Shown piece after piece: positions 54,891-64,000 of a stretch of 64,000 nt of DNA. The translations under genes were made by a program, and so were the position numbers. The stretch is from Octopus vulgaris (Eukaryota): contig OX597836.1 in assembly GCA_951406725.2 (NCBI GenBank), forward strand, positions 1,984,001 to 2,048,000, written 5' to 3'. Position 1 is the stretch's first letter. The number at the start of each line of letters is the position of its first letter. The notes beneath the pieces were generated by a model. The model had not been told where the DNA came from and did no database searches. It saw only the letters and a list, made by a program, of their open reading frames with translations.

Positions 54891-56459
54891 TATCACTTTC
54901 TCTATGTAAGTACACCTCTATTCGTATCCATATATTTAGTTACCCATGTAGTACACGGACATGTATATACGTCTATGTAAATCCTTCTGTGGCACCCTCG
55001 TAGATATATGTTTAGTTACAAATGTCAGTCCCTGGATCTGCCATCTTTTATTAAATTCTTCTTGACAGTCTTTGGTAATTTGCTAAATCAAATGTACACG
55101 AAATTCCCAGTAGTCGAATCAAAACTGGCACCGCTTGATTGTGAAAGAAATATCTCATCCACAGATATTTGGTTCGAAAATGAATTTGGCAGAGGCTCGA
55201 GAATATATCTTAGCGCAATGGACATGAGGTGGATATATATATCTTTATTAAAAAACAAACAAACAATCATTGAATATCTTTACAGTGTGACGATGACGAA
55301 TTTCTGATAATAAAGATGACGACGACGACGATGGCGATGACGTAGGTGATGCTCCTGACCACGACGATGACGGGGGTGTTGGTGGTGGGGATGATGATGA
55401 TGATGATGGTCCTGGAGACTACGCCGATGATGACGGTGGTGTCGGTAGTGGTGGTTGTGATGATGATGAAGATGATGATGATGGTGGTGGTGGTGGTGGT
55501 GGTGGTGGTGGTAGTGATGATGATGAGGAAGATGACGAGGAAGATGACGATGACGACGACTGTGAAGATGCAGATGTCGAGACTGAGACATGAATAAATC
55601 TGGTCGGCGTAGAAAACTAAAAAAAAAAAAAACAAATGATGACAAGCGTCCTTCGCCAAAATAAAGATCCCCAATACCATATCATATCATATTTGTAGCC
55701 TGCGTCCTTTCTGTTCTTTCCTGCGTTAGTCTGGATCCCAGACATTCGCAGTTATCATACTATTGATGAAACTCCGTTCAGTTGGGATATTTAAACTCAC
55801 ACCTCCAAGAGCTGCAACTCAAACCACCAGGCATCTCGTCCAATGTGTGTTACTTCATCTATCAATGCCGGAATTAATAGGGAATAAGGTTCGCTTTAGA
55901 AATATTTGAGTCTAAAGAAGAGAGAGTCGAATAAATACTGCAGGTCATTCTATTGTATAGGATATGGTGTCTCGTTCGCTTGTGCAACGCAATATGCCAA
56001 GTACAAATTTTACTCCGTGTCATCTGAAAATCATGTCATAGAGAGCTGAAACCTAAAGCCAAAGAATCCATCTGTCACACTAAAAGCGCTGACACACAGC
56101 GTCCTTAAAGAATATGATATCAAAAGGAGGAAACAACGATGTGATCGTAAGAAATGTTGGGAAAACCGGTCACTGACACTGCTGAATTCAAGAGTATTCA
56201 CCTTCACATTTTACCACGTCTTGAAAATATGAGGAAGAAATTAGAGGAATTATTTCTGAATGCCATATGACAATCGTTTCTGTAGTAGGCTTTTACCTGA
56301 AATAAATCGGGGGTGGATTTATGGATACCATCGGTCCCAGTTATTCACTGCTCCATTATTTAAGTTACCCTAGATGGACTAAAAGCTAAGTTGAATTCGG
56401 CTTCTATTGTAGCTAGAATATAAAGAACCAGCAAAACCAAGAGAAGGTTTTATACAAGA

Positions 56460-56860
56460 CTAGCAGTATCGACCGGCGTTGCTCGGGTTTGTAAGGGAAA
56501 TAACTATATATGCATTTTTAGAGAGTTATAGCCAAAAAATAGCAAAAAAATGCATTAAAAATGGAAAAAAAAAATTATGGTAAATTTCTTTAAAAATCGT
56601 TGACTCATCGTAGACATTTTTAGAGAGTTACTTCCCTTATATAATAGCGAAAAAATGCATTAAAATGGAAAAAAAATGATGGTAAATTATTTTTAAAATC
56701 GTAGACTCATCGTAGACGCGCGCTAATACCCAGAAGGGCTCGATATGAACCACAACTATAAGATACCCGCTTCTGGTTAAACTGCACCGCAAAATGTGGG
56801 AGTAGTTAGGAATCTAAATCGTAGGAGACAGACAGACAACTTCACTTTTATATATCAAGA
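56460..56860 (-). mobile_element. Non-autonomous Helitron
   Basis: On the minus strand it begins A|TC and ends CTAG|T, i.e. an AT insertion without TSD. A subterminal hairpin CCGAGC-AAC-GCCGG lies about 8 nt before CTAG. It has a (GTCT) tract near the 5' end and an internal tandem duplication of about 100 bp (56514-56614 and 56615-56716). Confidence 0.85.
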
Positions 56861-57456
56861 TAAAACAAAATAACAGTTCTTATTTTATTTGTGGTGGTTG
56901 TCTGCGGCTGATCTCCATGTTTATTGTTACACGTGGTGGTTACTAATATATCAGCTTTTATCTGGATATGTTCTAATCTGCAACAAGAAGAACAACAGTA
57001 TCAAAATAGAAAAAAATCAAGAAATTATCGGAAACAACTGATAATACTTAATGCTGAACCACTCTACTTCCACAGGAAGGATAATAACAATGGACCTTTA
57101 ATCGATATCTAAAACCGTAGACAAGTCGATCGGTAATATGTGAAAATGTGTGTGTGAGTATATCAGTTAATCTTTACGTCAAACAGACGTATTAATTTAG
57201 ATTATTTAGTATCATAAGATAGGGCGGCCATTTTAACCTGCGTTTGAACTCGATGTATCTCATTATTCCAGTTCCACCATCTTATTCTCATATTCACCGA
57301 TTCCATCTCCTAGAATTTATCACATTTTGCAGTATTGAGTTTTTCATCTGTTAATAATATGTATTTATGTATTTATATATGCGGTTCACGTACTAATATA
57401 CATATTTATAGTGTGCTTACCAACCCACCAACACACGCACACCTTACGCATATAAG

Positions 57457-57489
<33 letters not shown>

Positions 57490-57561
57490 GCTTGTGTGTG
57501 TGTGTGTTTGTGTGCGCTTGTGTATTTACACACGCACACACATGCACATATATGTAGTTAT

Positions 57562-57607
<46 letters not shown>

Positions 57608-57678
57608 GTGCATACATACGCACTCGCTTACAAAAACATATACGAACAAACACATATATGTATACACATACACACATT

Positions 57679-57712
<34 letters not shown>

Positions 57713-57718
57713 TATATA

Positions 57719-57854
<136 letters not shown>

Positions 57855-58278
57855 CAACGTACTGATATATTTCAGCAGACAAATAATAATTATCTGACTC
57901 GGCCATGTTTTACCATCATTCTCATTTGACCTTTGCTTCTCTTCTCTGTAAAATATTCAGAGATTACAAAACATTGATTTATATTTACATGGCTAATTCT
58001 ACAACAAGTCCTCACCAACCAAACTGACTCTCTCTGCATGACCACTCCACTTGCTAGACATTGAAACCAAATTAAACTTAAATCGTATTCTGTTGACTTA
58101 ACGAGTCTCAAAGATGTTGTTTGATGCTATCGGTCATTATAGTTTTGTATAGAAAAAAGTATTCAAGGAATTAACTTATATTCACCGTTTGAACTTATTG
58201 GATTATAGATTATCTTGATCAACCACTGCTGATAAACACAACCGCCAACAACACCATCTCCACTTATCCAAACGAATG

Positions 58279-58394
58279 CCTATCTTTACTACCCACTAGG
58301 GGCTGAACACAGACGGGACAAACAAGGAAAGACAAACGGATTAAGTCGATTACATCGACCCCAGTGCGTAACTGGTACTTAATTTATCGACTCC
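58279..58394 (-). mobile_element. SINE family A 3' half, tail 1
   Basis: The reverse complement reads GTCGATAAATTAAGTACCAGTTACGCACTGGGGTCGATGTAATCGACTTAATCCGTTTG...GTCCCGTCTGTGTTCAGCCCCTAGTGGGTAGTAAAGA. Confidence 0.88.
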
Positions 58395-58538
58395 AACGAC
58401 AATAACATTTAAACACAGATTTTGCCTCGGTCTTCTCTCACCCGGCCACCTTCAGGATACATTCCAATGTGACAGAACGGAATGCTGCAATGCATCGACT
58501 CTGATGTAACAAGCTCACACTACTCTCTTGCCTTCAAG

Positions 58539-58629
<91 letters not shown>

Positions 58630-60023
58630 GACTATCTATCGTCTATCACTTTCTCTTGAAAATCACAAAAAAATATATATATATTATATTCCTGGATTGT
58701 GTTACGCAGCGCACCTGCCCAACGTTTTGTTGTTGTGTGTTAATGAAGACCGTGGCATGTGTGACATGAATACTTTGTATTATATATTATATTCATGTCT
58801 TAACGATCTGTGGAGTGTGTCTGATGCCAAAGGCGTAAACTACATTCATGTTTTCCGTATAACCTTATGAACTTCGCGAAATAATCTCGCTACTTTATAT
58901 ATATGTTCTTTAATAACCTTCCTCTCTTTCCCTCAACCACGTTTATTTCTATTTCTTCCTTACTCTTCCCATGACACCCAACCCCTCACCGTCCCCACCA
59001 CAGGGTCCCTCAAATCATCTTCAGCGTTAATTAACGTTCCCAAGTCGGTCATCCCATTCTCTTTCCTTCTATGCTTCATTGAAAGCTTAATGTTTGCTGT
59101 TTCATTGGTGATACGATTTCTCTTAAGGATCCAAACGGTTCGGTGGGATCACATTGAATCCGGGATCAAGAAAAGGAATCTCTCAATCTTTTTGATAATC
59201 AATCATCTTTCAGCGTCTTCTTCATTTCCAGTTGACTCTTCAATGTTCACATCATCAATCACTTGATTTTTTTCCATTCCTTTCACATTCATATTCTCAT
59301 CATCTTCATCGTCGTCGTCGTCGTCAAAACCAGCAGGAGCAGCACTACTACCACCATCACCACCACCACCACCACCAGCACCACCACCACCACCACCACC
59401 ATCATCATCATCGGCATATTCACAATCATTGTTGTTGTTCTTCTCCTTCCCCCCCCTCCTCATCCTTCTTCTTTTTCACCATTCCGCAGCAATGGTTTCA
59501 CTATTTATTTAGCTTATATATCATCCTGAATTTAATTGACAACAAGTGGTCCCGAAACCTGACGACTCGTTCGTTGGGATTCTTGCAGATTACACGATAG
59601 AAGTTTATCCGAGGGCGACAGAACATACCTCAATGTCTTTGCTCGCAGATTTGTCTCTATTCCGAGCACACAAATTTAGCCCCCTGTGCTCCACAATCCC
59701 TTCATCACTCTCACCAGATCCAGAACCTTCACGCTCTCCTCTAATTCCTTACTCTCCACCCGACTGTAATATCAGTTCCTAAGACTATTAAATATTTCTA
59801 TTTCCACGGTTATCTCTCAAGAGTTCACATTGTTACTGTCGGTCTCATCTTCCACCTCAACACGTGACTCCTCAAGGGACCGATTTTCCCGTCATTGACC
59901 CTATCGGGCAAGTACTAAACTAGACATGTTGGTGTAAACCGCTCCACTAGCAATCGTGGCCTTTATACCTCTCCCATTTAAACACGCATCTTCTTTTCTC
60001 ATCATCGTCATCGTCGTTTTCAT

Positions 60024-60056
<33 letters not shown>

Positions 60057-60523
60057 GACAATGAATTATATTGATTATAATGCCTTCCATGTATGTACTG
60101 CGTTCCTTTGGTTACATATTGTCCCCTTATACTAAACGTAATACACGTAATAATATGTGTGGAGTACGGAAGACTTTTATGTCCCTCTGTGTTGCATATA
60201 TATGTGTGTGTAAGAATGGCTCCATTTTAACTTATTTTATACGCAGTCATATCTATTGTATGTGAGCTGTGTATAGTCCTATAACACGTCGCATACTTTG
60301 TAATTAAATGGCGGATCCTAATGGCGTTATATTCTGTATGTTGTGTTTATGATGCAGTCTGTCTAATATATATCTACAGTACTTACTTGCGCTAATCTCT
60401 TTATATATATATATACATGTATAAACGTATATGTATACGTAAGAATATATCTATCTAAGTGTGTATGTGTATATATATATATGTATATATATACATATAT
60501 ACATTATATACATATATATATAC

Positions 60524-60585
<62 letters not shown>

Positions 60586-60826
60586 TATTTATATGTATGG
60601 ATATGTATGGATGCATGTAGATACGTAGGTATGCATATATGTCTATATACAAATATATATAAATATATATCTATACATTCGTATATATATATATATATAT
60701 GTGTGTGTGTCTGTGTGCATCTCTATGATTGTTTGTGTGTGTGTGTGAGTGTGGGTGTATTTGTATGTATGAATGTGTGCGCAAAGTATAGGATTGTGGT
60801 TACAAACTTGTCTGAATCTGTTATTA

Positions 60827-60884
<58 letters not shown>

Positions 60885-60889
60885 GATTA

Positions 60890-60920
<31 letters not shown>

Positions 60921-61234
60921 CAACGTTAGTGTTCGCTTAATTGTGGTGCTTCAAATAGAGTTGGTTGAAACGGAACAGCTGCGAGAATGCTTTTAACGAG
61001 GCTGCCCGCAGCAGAGTATTGAACATTTGTAGAGAGAAAAGCTAAACGAATGAGAGAAGAGTAATGAGGACAATAGAACGGGGAGAGATTACATGTGGTA
61101 ATTAAATTTGAAAGCGACGAGATCAAAGACAGAATCCCGACAAACGTAATTAAGGAGTTTTAATTGCGTTTGAAAATCGGAATTTAAATGTGCCATGCAT
61201 GTATGTACTCATATACGTCATATATATCGCTTGA

Positions 61235-61424
<190 letters not shown>

Positions 61425-61669
61425 AATACATAAACATATATACGTAAGTTTATATAGGCATGTACGTATGCATACGTACATATATGCATTTACATGTTTA
61501 TATATATATGTGTAAATTTGAGGGTATATATCTATTTTTATATGTGCATTATTTTAATATATGTGTAAATTGTTGGAGAAGACAATTTCCTAAATGGATA
61601 TAGATAAGTGTATATATGTATGTAAGTATGTATAGAAATATGCATACATAAATATATATACACACACAC

Positions 61670-61736
<67 letters not shown>

Positions 61737-61939
61737 CATATATATATGCACATATATGTATGTATATATACATATATACATACATACATACACACTCATG
61801 TATATATATGTTTATATATATACATTCACACATATATTTATGTATATATATACATACATACATACATACACACTCATATTTATATGATTATATATATAGA
61901 TTCACACATATATGTATGTATATATATATATATATGTAT

Positions 61940-61990
<51 letters not shown>

Positions 61991-63180
61991 CATGTACATA
62001 AACCTACATATGTATATTCCTTTACGGATATGTATGAATAAATATATACATATATACATATCTACATCTACACAGAGATGCACGCACATCACACACACTG
62101 GTGTGTGTGATTCGTTGCCTCACACGTATATTGACGTTCAGAAAATGAAACAGAAGACCAAAATATATGGAGCGTGTAGAAGTTAATGATCAAGTGACTG
62201 AGACAGAGAGGGAGAGAGCGAGAAAGAGTGAGAGATGGAGAGAGATAGAGGGTTAGAGCGCGGGGATACGTGGAAAGAAGAGAAAATCAGAGAGAGTGAG
62301 AGAAGTAGGGTTTCTGTTTTGGTGATAGAATGTGCTTTTGTAGAAATGCTTTGATACCCCGACTATTGCTATATGCTTGGCTTTAGCCTTTTAGGGAGCT
62401 GGACACGTCTAAATTGATCTTTTTAAGTGCATTTGTAAATGTCCTGTTTTGTTTTTCTCAATAGTTTCACATAATCACGTATATATAAACAGGAATGCAC
62501 AGTGACACACACATATATATATATATATAATTTAGTCCAGTGAGAGACGTGTTATGGGCAGGTCCTCTCCATAAGAACCTTTCTCCAGCAGTGTCTCTAC
62601 GACATGGGAGGGCTTGTGCCCTTCCCTACCATTTTTGACTACTGAAACTTCGGCTATCGAGATAAGAATTGCGGTGAATACTTGGATTTCCCATTGCCTT
62701 GTTCAGAGAGCCAGACGATATCCGGTGAAGCATTTATTACGACGCATTAACGATTCTGCCACATTTCTGCCCTAATATATTCATGTACATGCGCTTCCAC
62801 ATGGTACTTGCATAGAGATACACACATACGTCCATACCAACGCATGATATAAGCATGAACGCTTACAAACATGCATAGAGACAGAATAATATAATACAAC
62901 CGTCGCAAAGAAGATCAATAAGCGTCAGAATAAAGATATGCAAGATATGAAGGTCTCCTTTTGAATTCCATAATTGGCTCTTTACCATTGTTCTTATCTC
63001 GGAAACAGGGATTGATTAGTCTCCCTGATTCGTTAGAACCAATTTGTTTCATAGTGGAACAATACAACGATTTTCGAAATGAGACATACTTGCTGCATAG
63101 ATACATACTCATAAATATATACATAAGTCCGTACTAACAAACATACATGTATGCATACCAACATAAACACCAAACATAAC

Positions 63181-63495
63181 TGGAACTCGGTTCGGGTATG
63201 GCTACCAGTGATTCAGTTTTTTCGATCAACGGAACAGACAGCTCGTGGAATTAGTGTGCACGTGGATGAAGCTGTCCATAGATAGGAGTAACCTTAGCGC
63301 AGTTCACATTGAAATTCAGCGTCATACAGAATCTGATTAGGCTGGCTCTTTGAATTACAGGTGTTACTCATTTTTGACAAGTAAGTGAATTGGAGCAACG
63401 TGAAATAAAGTGTCTTGCTCAAGGACGCAAATCGTCTCCTGAAATCGAACGTACAGCATGAAAGCCGTTTGCTGAATGGACGCACAACCTAAAGA
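63181..63495 (-). mobile_element. SINE family C, reverse copy
   Basis: CAACGGAAC, GCTCGTGGAATTA, ATTCAGCGT and AAATAAAGTGTCTTGCTCAAGGAC are reverse complements of motifs in 9125-9443. Confidence 0.75.
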
Positions 63496-64000
63496 TCATT
63501 TGTAAGACGAACTCCTTCACGAATATATATACATAGGAACATTCATACATACATGCATAAGTACACACATGCAAGCATGAATAGATGCGAGCATACAAAA
63601 CATAAGTTTGTGAATTCTTTCATGAATACAAATCTCTTATAGACAGTCACATCCACACACATTTATGTATTTTTGTGTATAGCATTGGTTTGCGGATAGA
63701 TGGAACGTGTTCATTGGGCGCTGAGCATTGTCGTTTCCACTTGTAATGATTCTATTCAGGAAAGCTTACGAAGACTATTCTGCAGTAATAAGCAGAGCTC
63801 TGATCTTGGATTAAGCCGTTTCCATAACGAAGGCTGCCCTCATCAAATTTAGACAGTTTCTCTTCATTCAGATACACCTCATATGATCGAAGCATTTCTT
63901 GAATTATACTGCTTTGCAAATTCGCGCGCAATTTGCTTTGAATTTTCACAACATGCGGTTTACAGAGCGTCAAAGTTTATAGGGCTTTGTCTAGACCGAG

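Noticed and set aside
63752-63973. Minus-strand ORF with donor-like GTAAGC near 63768
   Set aside because: There is an in-frame stop just upstream, no clear acceptor and no recognised motif. It is at the window edge.

Overview
AT-rich, non-coding eukaryotic DNA dominated by microsatellites ((TA)n, (CA)n, (TATC)n, (TACA)n, (ATT)n, (GAT)n, (CTA)n, (GA)n) and decayed transposable elements. The repeat families and microsatellite density suggest an Octopus or other coleoid cephalopod genome; this is an inference from recalled SINE families. I find no intact host gene, and nearly all ORF-track entries are microsatellite artefacts. Protein-coding remnants are all from mobile elements: a young 5'-truncated CR1-type LINE (51691-53155, RT with one frameshift), an older CR1-type copy (about 7.4-8.2 kb), a Tx1/L1-type RT fragment missing from the ORF track (50078-50371), an R4/Dong-type fragment with a restriction-like endonuclease (41257-41775), and an internally deleted mariner (44003-44956). 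There are about 20 copies of three tRNA-derived SINE families, two non-autonomous Helitrons and several inverted-repeat elements. Three signals stand out. (1) At least six type I hammerhead-ribozyme-like motifs; most have palindromic minimal stem III and lie in short microsatellite-flanked Penelope/retrozyme-like inserts, and two have intact cores with unusually long stem II domains. (2) Two SINE families share 3' tails with elements in the same window: one with the CR1-type LINE, the other with a putative Tx1-type 3' end. (3) A SINE heterodimer is bounded by a single target-site duplication. All motif calls were made by eye and none has been checked against a database.
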